From Anaerolineae bacterium (lineage in GTDB: Bacteria; Chloroflexota; Anaerolineae; SpSt-600), in the NCBI GenBank assembly GCA_042408195.1, contig JBHOQL010000107.1:31976-95975 (forward strand): a stretch of 64,000 nucleotides of DNA. The letters are read 5' to 3'. How positions within the stretch are numbered: position 1 is the first letter of the stretch; every line of letters begins with the position of its first letter. The position numbers and the translations under genes are program-made. The notes beneath the pieces are model-generated. The model saw nothing but the letters and a program-made list of their open reading frames with translations. It was not told the DNA's origin and made no database searches. Below are positions 6,397-16,449 of this stretch, piece by piece.

Positions 6397-9300
6397 GCAG
6401 CTCTGGAAAGGGTGATCGGGCCTTGAAAGCAGTGAGGATTTCACCTATCTTCTGGCTTTTTCTGATCCTTACCGTAAGCCTCACCCTTCGCCTCTACAAC
6501 ATCAATTGGGATGAATTCCAGCATGCTCACCCCGATGAGCGCTGGATAACCATGGTGGCGGTGAAACTCCGACCGCCCCGGAACCTTCCGGAGGCTTTTA
6601 ACCCTCGCCTTTCACCCTTAAATCCTCTCTACGATCCGGAAACCCAAACTCCGAGGAGCTTCGCCTATGGCCACTTACCCCTCTACATCCTCACAACCCT
6701 GGCTTGGCTCCTTTCGGCCTTAGGCAAGACCTTATTCCCGCAATCTTTCCTGCCCTTGATTACTTCTTACGACTACATAAACCTACTGGGCCGGGTCCTG
6801 TCGGCCCTTTTCGATACCGGAACCGTAGGGCTTATATACCTAACGGGGAGAAAGCTCTACGGGGAAAGGGTGGGATTATGGGCTGCCGCCTTCGTGGCTT
6901 TGACCGTTTCCCATATCCAGCTGGCTCACTATTACGCCTTTGACCCCGTTGCTGCTTTTTTTGTGGTGCTTTCCGTCTATTTCTCTGTGAAACTAGCCGA
7001 GGGGGGCTCTTGGAAAGAAGCTCTCTTGGCAGGAGCAGCTGCAGGACTAGGGGTTTCATCAAAATTTAGTGCTATCCCCGTGACGGCGGCTGTCGCTATC
7101 GCCTGTTTGCTCGCTCCAGGAAAGGGGCGTTTCCGGTTTGGACTTCTGATTCTTTCGGCTCTGGCCGCCTTCCTGGCCTTTGCCCTGACCTCCCCCTTCG
7201 CCTTATTGGACCTTAGGTTATACCTCATCCAGATCGGAGAACAAGGCCAGATGGTCCGAGGCATACTTGATTATCCTTACACTAGGCAGTACCGAGGGAC
7301 AGTGCCTTTTGCCTATCACATTGAGCAACAACTCCGCTGGGGTATGGGCTGGGCTCTTGGGCTGGCGAGCTTCATCGGCTTTGCCTGGGCAGTGATTCGA
7401 TTGCTGCTTAGGAGAAGCCCCCCTGGCGAGATCGCAATCATGGCTTGGGTCTTGCCCTATTTCCTTATTAACGGCTCCTTCATGGTCAAGTTCATGCGTT
7501 ATATGCTCCCTATTTTGCCCTTCCTCTGTCTTTTCGGTGCCCTATTCCTTGAGCATCTTTCGGCAAAAACCCGTCGGTTGCCCCTTGCTCTTCTCGTCCT
7601 AATCCCCACTGCCCTCTGGGCGCTGGCTTTCGTGAAGGGAGTTTACGGTCACACTCACCCCTGGATCGAGGCCTCGCGCTGGATCTACCGGAACATCCCC
7701 CCTGGTTCCACCATTGCCGTGGAACACTGGGACGACGAATTGCCCAAGCCTCTCGAAGATGAGCCATACCCTGGTTACAGGCACCTCGTCCTCCCCCTTT
7801 ACGAAGAGGACACTCGTGAGAAATTCGCCATCATAAAGGAAACCCTCCGCCAAGCCGATTACATAGTTATTGCCAGCAACCGGCTTTACGGTTCAATCCC
7901 TCGCTTGCCCTTCCGTTACCCAATGACCACCCGCTATTACGAACTGCTCTTTTCGGAAAAACTGGGCTTTGTGAAAGTGGCCGAATTCTCCTCCTACCCC
8001 CGCCTTGGTCCATGGGTTATCCCCGATGATGGGGCTGATGAAAGCTTTACCGTTTACGACCACCCTAAGCCTATGATCTTCAAGAAAATCCGAGATCTGA
8101 CCGATGAGGAATGGGAGAAACTGCTCGGTGGGCTCTGGGAAGAAGCAATTCCTGGCCATCTGGGAGGACCACCCAATGAAAAGCGGAAGCCTTCGCTACT
8201 TCTGAATACTCCTGTGGACAAGCTGCCCGTGGTAGACGATTACCGATGGAACCATATCGCCTCTTCCAACCCTTTCCTTGCGGCTATGACTTGGTGGCTT
8301 GTCTTAGAGGTTATCGGCATTGCTGCTTGGCCTCTGGCTTCCCTCCTCTTCCGACGGGTTTACCTGAGAGGTTACCCCCTAGCTAAGGCATTGGGATTGG
8401 TGCTGCTCGCTTACGTAAACTGGCTTGGGGCAAGCTTGCACTTCACTCAGAATAGAACCAGCACAATTGTTATAATCCTGCTCCTTATGGCTGTTGGAGG
8501 CTTATGGTGCTTCTGGAAGAACCGACGGGAAATTTCCGGCTTTTATCGCACAAACCTCAAAGGGATTTTCCTGAGCGAGCTCCTCTTTCTTGCCAGCTAT
8601 CTCGCCTTCGTTTTCCTGCGCTTCCTGAACCCAGATCTATGGCATCCATGGAATGGTGGGGAGAAACCCATGGAGCTGGCCTTCCTCAATGCCATCCTCA
8701 AGAGCGCTTACTTTCCACCTTACGACCCCTATTACGCTGGAGGTTACATAAACTATTACTACTACGGCCTTTACATGGTCTCGGTTCTGGTTAAACTTAC
8801 GGGCATAACCCCCACCGTTGCTTTCAACTTAGCTATTCCTACTCTGTTTGCCCTCACCTTCTCCGGTGCTTTCTCCATCGGAGCCACAATTGGGGGCAGG
8901 ATTAGCATGGGTCTCTTGAGCGCTTTTTTCGTAACCCTTCTGGGCAACCTGGCACCCATCCGCAATTTCGCCGAAGAATTGCTCAAGGGAAACCTGCAGC
9001 AGGCTCTTGTCGCTTTTGATTACTGGGCACCGAGCCGCGTTATTCCTTACACCATTAACGAATTCCCCTTCTGGAGCTTCCTCTTTGCCGACCTGCACCC
9101 CCATGTTGTGGCAATGCCTTTGGATATTCTCTTCCTAATTCTTGTTATGGAGGCATTCCTTGGAGGGATTGAGGGTTGGCACAGAAAAGAGCTCGTCTTG
9201 ACGCAGATCCTGACTTTGGGAACGGTGGCTGCGGTTAACACGTGGAATTTCCCAACCTTGACGTTCGTCGCCGTCCTCACCCTCCTTTTCACCCTTTACC

Positions 9301-10484
9301 GGGAAAGGAGGAAGTGGGGAACCCTGGCTTTAGTCCCAATCCTTCCCCTTTCAGCTCTTGTCCTATTTTCCCCTTTTTTCCTCTCTTACAAGCCTGTAAG
9401 TGCGGGCATAGGGCTTGTCCGCCAGCAGACTGAATGGTTTCCCTTCGTAACCTTTTGGGGTTTTTTCCTCGCGCTCTCAATCCTGGCAGGCTTCGGTTCC
9501 CTTTCGCTTAAGAGCATTACGAGGTCTAAAGGCCTCATGGCTTTCTTGGCTGTGGTCGCCATGGCCTTCGCCATCAGGCGCCTGTGGACCCCGCTGACGA
9601 TACTCCTGGCTGCTGCTCCCTTCATCCTCGGAAGCAGCGAATGGCAGATGAGGCATAGCGGAGGGGAAACGGATGAAAAACATGTCCTTCGCCTCTTCTC
9701 TGCCCTTCTGGTGTTGGCTGGCTTTGCAGTGCTCATAGGCTGTGAGTTCTTCTACTTCAGGGATTTCCTCCATGGAAGCGAATATTATAGGATGAACACC
9801 GTTTTTAAGTTCTATGTCCAAGCCTGGGTCTTGCTGGGTCTTGGGTTAGCTTCTTACTTTCAGGTCCCTTTTGAAGGGAAAGGGAAAGGATGGGAAGTGG
9901 CCAGGGTCTTCGTCCTGCTCCTTCTGGTTTTGTCTTCCATCTTCTTGATTTACGGAACGATCGCCAGGGTGCGCGACAGGTTCCCAGGGGCTAAACCTCC
10001 TCTTGGGACCCTGGACGGCATGGAGTTCATGCGTTATGGTTCTTTCTTCTGGCCCGATGAGGCGCATCCCATTTACCTCCGCTACGATTACGAAGCTATC
10101 CGTTGGCTACTGGAAAACACCAGGGGAACACCGGTCCTGGCTGAGGCCCCTATCGGTTATTACCGGGAGTTCGGAGTGAGGGTTGCAAGTTTCACGGGCT
10201 TGCCCACCCTGCTGGGCATGCACCAGAGCGAACAACGCTATGGTGACCAGGTTGGAAAGAGGTCAGAAGAAGCATGGCAGTTCTTTGCCTCCACTGATAA
10301 GAATTTAACGCTGAAGCTTGTGAGAAAGCTCAGAATCGGATATATTTATATTGGACAGTTGGAAAGAATCCTCTTTTCCCCCGAATCCCTGGCCAAGTTT
10401 GAGGAGTTGGCCAAGGAAGGCTGGCTCAAAGAAGTTTTCCGCAATGAAGGCACTGTAATTTATAGCACTTTCCTTGCACCTTAG
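6393..10484 (+). CDS. 1363-aa polytopic membrane protein; N-terminal half is GT-C-like (ArnT/PMT-family glycosyltransferase-like), C-terminal half is a second multi-TM domain
   Basis: More than 20 predicted hydrophobic helices. The first extracytoplasmic loop carries the DE motif typical of GT-C glycosyltransferases (NWDEFQHAHPDERW). Start overlaps the patatin stop. Confidence 0.6.
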   Translation: MSSSGKGDRALKAVRISPIFWLFLILTVSLTLRLYNINWDEFQHAHPDERWITMVAVKLRPPRNLPEAFNPRLSPLNPLYDPETQTPRSFAYGHLPLYILTTLAWLLSALGKTLFPQSFLPLITSYDYINLLGRVLSALFDTGTVGLIYLTGRKLYGERVGLWAAAFVALTVSHIQLAHYYAFDPVAAFFVVLSVYFSVKLAEGGSWKEALLAGAAAGLGVSSKFSAIPVTAAVAIACLLAPGKGRFRFGLLILSALAAFLAFALTSPFALLDLRLYLIQIGEQGQMVRGILDYPYTRQYRGTVPFAYHIEQQLRWGMGWALGLASFIGFAWAVIRLLLRRSPPGEIAIMAWVLPYFLINGSFMVKFMRYMLPILPFLCLFGALFLEHLSAKTRRLPLALLVLIPTALWALAFVKGVYGHTHPWIEASRWIYRNIPPGSTIAVEHWDDELPKPLEDEPYPGYRHLVLPLYEEDTREKFAIIKETLRQADYIVIASNRLYGSIPRLPFRYPMTTRYYELLFSEKLGFVKVAEFSSYPRLGPWVIPDDGADESFTVYDHPKPMIFKKIRDLTDEEWEKLLGGLWEEAIPGHLGGPPNEKRKPSLLLNTPVDKLPVVDDYRWNHIASSNPFLAAMTWWLVLEVIGIAAWPLASLLFRRVYLRGYPLAKALGLVLLAYVNWLGASLHFTQNRTSTIVIILLLMAVGGLWCFWKNRREISGFYRTNLKGIFLSELLFLASYLAFVFLRFLNPDLWHPWNGGEKPMELAFLNAILKSAYFPPYDPYYAGGYINYYYYGLYMVSVLVKLTGITPTVAFNLAIPTLFALTFSGAFSIGATIGGRISMGLLSAFFVTLLGNLAPIRNFAEELLKGNLQQALVAFDYWAPSRVIPYTINEFPFWSFLFADLHPHVVAMPLDILFLILVMEAFLGGIEGWHRKELVLTQILTLGTVAAVNTWNFPTLTFVAVLTLLFTLYRERRKWGTLALVPILPLSALVLFSPFFLSYKPVSAGIGLVRQQTEWFPFVTFWGFFLALSILAGFGSLSLKSITRSKGLMAFLAVVAMAFAIRRLWTPLTILLAAAPFILGSSEWQMRHSGGETDEKHVLRLFSALLVLAGFAVLIGCEFFYFRDFLHGSEYYRMNTVFKFYVQAWVLLGLGLASYFQVPFEGKGKGWEVARVFVLLLLVLSSIFLIYGTIARVRDRFPGAKPPLGTLDGMEFMRYGSFFWPDEAHPIYLRYDYEAIRWLLENTRGTPVLAEAPIGYYREFGVRVASFTGLPTLLGMHQSEQRYGDQVGKRSEEAWQFFASTDKNLTLKLVRKLRIGYIYIGQLERILFSPESLAKFEELAKEGWLKEVFRNEGTVIYSTFLAP

Positions 10485-10492
10485 GAGGATAT

Positions 10493-10972
10493 ATGCTGGA
10501 AAAAGAAGTGGGCAAGCTCCTGAGGCAGCTTAGGTTGACCCTCGCCGTAGCTGAATCCTGCACTGGTGGCCTCCTGGCTCACCGCATAACCAACGTCCCT
10601 GGAAGCTCTTATTACTTCATCGGCGGAGTTGTGGCCTACGCAAACCAGGTAAAAAGTTCCCTGCTCAAGGTAGGCGAAGAAACTCTGAACACCAAAGGGG
10701 CCGTAAGTGAGGAGACAGCCCTCCAAATGGCCAGAGGAGTGCGGGAACTCCTGGGGACCGATATCGGCATCGGGATAACAGGGATTGCGGGACCGGGAGG
10801 TGGAACCCCTTCTAAACCTGTCGGACTTGTGTATGTGGCCCTTTCCGCCCCCGACTATGAAGAGTGCCGCCAGTTTAAATGGGAAGGCCATCGGATTCAG
10901 AACAAGAGACTCTCAACAGAAGCTGCTCTGGAAATGCTCTTACAATACCTGAGACAACGGAGCGGGGATTGA
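10493..10972 (+). CDS. pncC: CinA C-terminal domain protein / nicotinamide-nucleotide amidohydrolase PncC
   Basis: [40 protein letters not shown] is the conserved CinA_C signature; 159 aa. Confidence 0.8.
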   Translation: MLEKEVGKLLRQLRLTLAVAESCTGGLLAHRITNVPGSSYYFIGGVVAYANQVKSSLLKVGEETLNTKGAVSEETALQMARGVRELLGTDIGIGITGIAGPGGGTPSKPVGLVYVALSAPDYEECRQFKWEGHRIQNKRLSTEAALEMLLQYLRQRSGD

Positions 10973-12735
10973 TAATCAAAGTTGAACCTTCTAAAGATGC
11001 CACCCTGTTGGAAATCACCCGCACTAAAGGCATTGCCCTGATAGCGCCATGCGGTGGACGGGGCAAGTGCGGCCGTTGTATAGTCCGAATCGTTGAAGGT
11101 GAGGTCTCCCCACCTACTCACGCTGATCAACGATTTCTCTCCTTAGTACAACTCGCTCGTGGATACCGACTGGCTTGTCAGGCTAGGCCTCTTTCCCTTT
11201 GTCACATTTACATACCCCCCGAGTCCTTATCTTTCTCCCAGCGAATCCAGCTCGAAGGCCAAGAAGTTCCGGCAAAGCCCGAACCTCCTGTCCGGGCGTA
11301 TCATATAACCCTTTCCCCGCCTTCCTTACAGGACCTTCGCTCCGATGCTGAGAGGATTGTCCAGGCCCTCGAAAGCCTTTACGGGATAAAGGTTTCTCTG
11401 GATTTCTCTTTCCTCCGCGAGCTCCCTGAAAAGCTCCGGGGCCAGAACTGGCAAGGGAAAGTTGTAGTCCGCGGGGACGAGGTCATTTCCCTCCTCCCTC
11501 CGGAAGCTTCCCTTCTGGGCTTGGCCATAGACCTGGGAACCACCAAAATCGCCTTTTACCTTGTAGACCTTGAAAGTGGCCGGACCCTATCAGTGCGGGG
11601 TATTGTGAACCCTCAGAGCTCATACGGCGAAGACATTATCTCCCGGATAACCTATGCTCTGCAAAAACCGGAGGGGGCGACCGAGCTTCAGAAGATTGTT
11701 ATAGGGAGTATAAATGAGGTGACAAAAGAGATGTGCACCGAGATAGGGGCAGACCCCTCCCAGGTGGTTGAATCGGTAGTGGTGGGGAACACCGCCATGC
11801 ACCACTTGCTGCTTGGGTTGCCAGTCCGCCAACTCGGATACGCTCCTTACGTTCCGGCCGTCCAGAGCGCCTTAGAGGTAAAGGCGCGGGAACTGGGCCT
11901 GAACTTTGCTCCCGGGGCTGTGGTTTATTTCCCGCCCCTCATCGCTGGATTTGTCGGAAGTGACCACGTGGCAGCCCTCCTGGCCACGGGTTTTAGCGAG
12001 GTAGAAGGTCCAGCTCTGCTCTTGGACATCGGCACTAATACCGAAATATGCCTGGCCCACGGGGGCAGATTGATAAGCCTTTCCTGTGCTTCCGGCCCTG
12101 CTTTTGAGGGAGCTCATATTTCTTGCGGGATGAAAGCCTCTCCGGGAGCCATTGAAAGTTTCTCCTTAGACGACGATGGGGTTAAATTCCAGACCATAGA
12201 TGACCTACCCCCGGTAGGGCTGTGTGGGTCAGGTATTCTGGACGTGGTGGCGCAACTCCGAAAAGCTGGAATAATAGATCCCAGTGGACGGATGGGTACG
12301 CATCCTCTGGTGCGTAGGGTGGATGGTCAGGCTGCCTTTGTAATTGTGGAGGAAACCCCTGAACAGCGCCCAATCCTCTTAACTCAGAAGGATGTAAGAG
12401 AAATCCAACTGGCCAAAGGGGCTATCCGTACGGGCATCGAAGTGCTCCTCAGGGAAACGAACTCTAACCCGGAAGATGTCCGAGAAGTAGTGCTAGCCGG
12501 AGCCTTTGGCACATACCTTAGAACCGAAAGCGCTGTGGAGATCGGGATGTTCCCCAGGATACCTCTGGAACGTTTCCGCCAGGTGGGGAACGCCGCCGGG
12601 ACTGGGGCGACGGCCATGCTCATTTCTACCTGGATGAGAGCTGAAGCTGAAAAGCTGGCCCGGAGAATTGAATACATTGAACTTGCCGCCGTCCCCGACT
12701 TTGCCCAGCTATTTGCCAAAGCAATGCTCCTTTGA
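10969..12735 (+). CDS. 2Fe-2S ferredoxin + ASKHA ATPase fusion (DUF4445 / RACo-like reductive activator of corrinoid proteins)
   Basis: A plant-type ferredoxin Cys cluster ([10 protein letters not shown]…C) precedes a long ASKHA-like domain ([19 protein letters not shown]…). The listed ATG at 10879 lies inside pncC; an in-frame TTG at 10969 overlapping the pncC stop (gaTTGa) is the more plausible start. Start uncertain. Confidence 0.65.
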   Translation: MIIKVEPSKDATLLEITRTKGIALIAPCGGRGKCGRCIVRIVEGEVSPPTHADQRFLSLVQLARGYRLACQARPLSLCHIYIPPESLSFSQRIQLEGQEVPAKPEPPVRAYHITLSPPSLQDLRSDAERIVQALESLYGIKVSLDFSFLRELPEKLRGQNWQGKVVVRGDEVISLLPPEASLLGLAIDLGTTKIAFYLVDLESGRTLSVRGIVNPQSSYGEDIISRITYALQKPEGATELQKIVIGSINEVTKEMCTEIGADPSQVVESVVVGNTAMHHLLLGLPVRQLGYAPYVPAVQSALEVKARELGLNFAPGAVVYFPPLIAGFVGSDHVAALLATGFSEVEGPALLLDIGTNTEICLAHGGRLISLSCASGPAFEGAHISCGMKASPGAIESFSLDDDGVKFQTIDDLPPVGLCGSGILDVVAQLRKAGIIDPSGRMGTHPLVRRVDGQAAFVIVEETPEQRPILLTQKDVREIQLAKGAIRTGIEVLLRETNSNPEDVREVVLAGAFGTYLRTESAVEIGMFPRIPLERFRQVGNAAGTGATAMLISTWMRAEAEKLARRIEYIELAAVPDFAQLFAKAMLL

Positions 12736-12862
12736 CTGATTTTGACGGAAGCTGCATTCCGTGGTAGAGGTTTTCCAGAAAGCAAAACAAGTATTTCAGG
12801 CAGATGAAGCTCAGCATGCTCTCAAAACGATGGCGACAAAATCTGTATTAGCGAGGTGTAAG

Positions 12863-14671
12863 ATGGCATACGTTTACCATGGCCGATTGCTGCTAGTAGA
12901 CCTTAACGAGTGTTCCATTCAAGAAGTCCCGGTGGAGGAAAAAGACGTGAGGGAATTCCTCATGGGGAGTGGACTTGGCGCTGAGCTCTTCCGCCGGGAT
13001 GAAGCTTACCGAAAAGCTCCCCTTTCCCCTCAGAGCCCCCTTTATGTTATAAATGGTTTGCTCACAGGTTCTTTCATCCCGACTGCCTCCAAGACGAGTT
13101 TCTGTGCCCGCTCGCCCTTAACGAAAATCTGGTGCGAGGCGACAGTCGGGGGATATTTCGGTTCAATGCTCCGCTTTGCTGGTTACGATGGGATAATTTT
13201 CACGGGAAAAGCTGAAAAACCCCTTTACCTCTGGGTAACTGAAGGCAAGGCTGAGTTGCGCGATGCTTCACGCCTGTGGGGGCTGGATACCTACCGCACA
13301 GCAGAGGCCATCAGAGCCGAAACGCACCCCAAGGCCCAAGTGGCTGCCATTGGTCCTGCAGGGGAGAATCAGGTTTTCACTGCCTCCGTAATGATCGGCG
13401 GCCTCGATGGGAGGGCTGCGGGGAGAGGTGGCATGGGGGCAGTGATGGGATCCAAAAATCTCAAGGCCATAGCTGCTTTCGGGACCGCGCGCCTCCGTTA
13501 CTACAACGAGCAGGGCCTCAAGGAAGAGATCCGGCGAGTTAATCCCAGAATAAAGGAGAACACCGTCGCCCTTGGGATGTGGGGGACGGCAGGGGGTGTT
13601 CTCAGAGCTGAGGCCTACGGTGATTTCCCCCTGAAGAACTGGCGTGAAGGGAGCTGGCCCGACGGAGCCGCAAAAATCTCCGGTCAACGCATTCGGGAGA
13701 CTATCTTCGTAAGGGATTACCGCTGCTTTGCTTGCCCCATCGCCTGCGGGAAAGACGTGAAACTCAAAAGAGGCGACCAAGAGGTCATAGTATCGGGACC
13801 AGAATACGAAACGGTGGCCGGGTTTGGGGGAATGTGTCTCATAGACAACCTTGAGGCCATAGCTGAGGCTAACGATCTATGCAATCGCCTGGGCCTTGAT
13901 ACTATTTCCGTATCGGCAACCATAGCTTTTGCTATAGAAGCCTTTGAAAGGGGACTCATCACCGAAAAGGACACAGGAGGATACGCCCTTCAGTGGGGCG
14001 ACCCGGAAGGCGTTCTGAGCTTAATAGAGGACATAGCTTACAAGAGGGGACTTGGAGAACTTTTAGCCATGGGTGTAAAGCGAGCAGCTGAAGCCCTGGG
14101 CCCCCAAGCTCAAGAATTTGCTGTCCACGTCAAGGGCATGGAAGTGCCATACCATGACCCGAGGGCCTTCACAGGGATGGCCCTCAACTACGCCACTGCC
14201 AACCGCGGAGCCTGCCATCTGGAATCCCTCACGTACTGGGTAGGCTACGGAGTGAGAATAGATGAACTCTACATTCCTGAGGATTATCACCCTCATTCTT
14301 CCCGAGGCAAAGCCAGGATGGTGGTGGACTTTCAGAATTACATGACTCTCTACAACGCTCTGGGACTTTGCAAGTTTGCCGGAAGAGGCAATCTTCCGCC
14401 CAGTCTCCTGGCCCGTTGGCTCAACCTTGCGCTGGGGTGGGAGGTTACGGGAGAAGAACTGATGGCCACGGGCGAGCGCCTCTTCAATCTCAAAAGGGCT
14501 TTAAATGTGGAAATGGGGATCACCCGGTCCGATGATACCCTACCCTCTCGCTTGCTGAAAGAGGCCAGGCCTTCCGGCGGAGCGGCCGGAGTACTCCCTG
14601 AACTTGAACTCATGCTGGAGGAATACTACCAGATCCGAAAGTGGGATAAAAGAGGAAGACCTTTTATTTAA
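12863..14671 (+). CDS. aor: aldehyde:ferredoxin oxidoreductase (tungsten/molybdopterin enzyme, AOR family)
   Basis: AOR-family N-domain (MAYVYHGRLLLVDLNECSIQEVPV…) and C-domain are present, about 600 aa. ATG 12863 is preceded by gaggtg; the listed 12761 start lacks an RBS. Co-localised with moaA and xdhC. Confidence 0.85.
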   Translation: MAYVYHGRLLLVDLNECSIQEVPVEEKDVREFLMGSGLGAELFRRDEAYRKAPLSPQSPLYVINGLLTGSFIPTASKTSFCARSPLTKIWCEATVGGYFGSMLRFAGYDGIIFTGKAEKPLYLWVTEGKAELRDASRLWGLDTYRTAEAIRAETHPKAQVAAIGPAGENQVFTASVMIGGLDGRAAGRGGMGAVMGSKNLKAIAAFGTARLRYYNEQGLKEEIRRVNPRIKENTVALGMWGTAGGVLRAEAYGDFPLKNWREGSWPDGAAKISGQRIRETIFVRDYRCFACPIACGKDVKLKRGDQEVIVSGPEYETVAGFGGMCLIDNLEAIAEANDLCNRLGLDTISVSATIAFAIEAFERGLITEKDTGGYALQWGDPEGVLSLIEDIAYKRGLGELLAMGVKRAAEALGPQAQEFAVHVKGMEVPYHDPRAFTGMALNYATANRGACHLESLTYWVGYGVRIDELYIPEDYHPHSSRGKARMVVDFQNYMTLYNALGLCKFAGRGNLPPSLLARWLNLALGWEVTGEELMATGERLFNLKRALNVEMGITRSDDTLPSRLLKEARPSGGAAGVLPELELMLEEYYQIRKWDKRGRPFI

Positions 14672-15079
14672 ATCCGGCACATTCTCTTCTAATTGGCCGG
14701 AAAGTCTCTCTTACGGGCAAACCCGGAGTCAGCAGGGGAGGAAAACATAGGGTGGAGAGGAACTCTTCCTCGAAACCCAACTTTTTAAGTATTTAAAGCT
14801 CGGGCATGAGTTGGGACGGACAAGACGATGGCAACAAAGTGGTCTGGGTCCTTTCTGCTATTTTCTCCTCATCTCGGGCCAAAAGCGATTATTTCTGTTT
14901 GAGCGAAGTAAAAGGGCCTAAATATCCCTTGTCTGCGCAGACATTGAACCTGCCTATTTGCATAGCCGGCAGAGCCGGAAAAGATGTCAGCCTCTGAAAC
15001 AAAGCGTAGGTAAAGGAAACAGGACTTATTAAGCCTCAGGAGTTACGGGGTAGCGCTTAAATCCCTAGGGAGGTAGACC

Positions 15080-16438
15080 ATGAGGGAATTCAAGAAAATC
15101 CTGTTTTACATCCGCTATTCTCTGGGCAATTTCGCCAACACAATCGCCTATCAAGTCTTCGGCAACCGCATCCAGTTTTACTACGTGGACATTTTGGGAC
15201 TGAATGCGGCGATCGCTGGAATGATCTGGAGCCTTTACGGTGTCTGGAATGCCCTCAACGACCCACTCATGGGCCAAATTTCTGACCGAACTCGCACTCG
15301 GATGGGCAGACGCGTCCCTTACGTTCTTTTCGGGGCGATCCCGTTAGGTCTTTCGTTCTTCTTCCTTTGGACACCGCCAGGCCACAGCCCCCTCTTGTTA
15401 GCCATTTACTTTTTCCTCATTCTCTTCATCTTTGACGGCCTCTACAGCCTTACTTGGATTGCATATACCTCCTTGTTCCCGGAAATCGCAGTTACTGTGC
15501 GGGACCGAGTCAATTTATCGGCTGCACGTGAGGTCCTGGCAGTCATCGCCCTCTTACTTTCTTACATTTTAGCACCTATCCTGGCCGAGACCATGGGATA
15601 CATATGGATGGGAGCCATCATGGGGGCTACCATCGCACTTGGATACTTGATCTCAATTCTGGGCATCCGGGAACGTCCGCTGGCAAAAGAGGAGGACACT
15701 GTAAGCTTGCTCCAAGCCTTGAAAATCGTCCTTTCCAGCCGTCCCTTTCGCTGGTTCCTGGGCGCCAACATGGCCAAAGAATACATCTGGCTGGTTCTGG
15801 CCGCGACACTCCCCTTCTGGCGCAAGTACGCCTTGGGCATCACGGGCAAGACCGAAATCTTCGGGATCATGATGAATCCTGGGGATGTGGAAGCAATCCT
15901 GCTGGGATTGCCCATATTGCTCACTGCGCCCTCCATCCTGCTTTGGCGCCCTATCGTTCCTCGCTTGGGCTATCGCAGGGCCTGGATTCTGGCCAGCTTT
16001 GCCTTTATTCCCGGTCTCCTGCTGATGGCTTTCGCCCACAATTTCTACACAGGCCTGTTGGGGACTATCTTGGCCGCACCAGGGCTGGCAGGCTCCATGA
16101 TCATGCCGTTTCCGGTCCTTTCGGAAATCGTGGACCACGATGCAGCCCAGCACGGCTACCGCCGGGAGGGTATATTCTTCGGAATGAATGCCGGGATCAT
16201 CAAATTGGCTTTCTCCGCTCAAGGGCTCTTGTTCGCGGGAATAATGGCCGCTGCCGGATACGTAGCTGGAAGCGATGTCCAGCCTGCCAGCGCTATTTGG
16301 GGCATTCGCTTCCTCATCGGTATTACACCGGTGATCGCTTGCCTCATTATCGCTTATTGCATGTACAAGTATCCTCTGGGAAGAACCCGCACGGTAAAGG
16401 AGATGCCCTTTCAGGAGATCGCACTGGCCGACGAATAA
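15080..16438 (+). CDS. MFS transporter, glycoside-pentoside-hexuronide (GPH):cation symporter family
   Basis: 12-TM layout and a GPH-family N-terminus (GNFANTIAYQVFGNRIQFYYVDILGL…DRTRTRMGRRVPY). An RBS gggagg lies upstream. Confidence 0.8.
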   Translation: MREFKKILFYIRYSLGNFANTIAYQVFGNRIQFYYVDILGLNAAIAGMIWSLYGVWNALNDPLMGQISDRTRTRMGRRVPYVLFGAIPLGLSFFFLWTPPGHSPLLLAIYFFLILFIFDGLYSLTWIAYTSLFPEIAVTVRDRVNLSAAREVLAVIALLLSYILAPILAETMGYIWMGAIMGATIALGYLISILGIRERPLAKEEDTVSLLQALKIVLSSRPFRWFLGANMAKEYIWLVLAATLPFWRKYALGITGKTEIFGIMMNPGDVEAILLGLPILLTAPSILLWRPIVPRLGYRRAWILASFAFIPGLLLMAFAHNFYTGLLGTILAAPGLAGSMIMPFPVLSEIVDHDAAQHGYRREGIFFGMNAGIIKLAFSAQGLLFAGIMAAAGYVAGSDVQPASAIWGIRFLIGITPVIACLIIAYCMYKYPLGRTRTVKEMPFQEIALADE

Positions 16439-16449
16439 GGAGGAGAACC

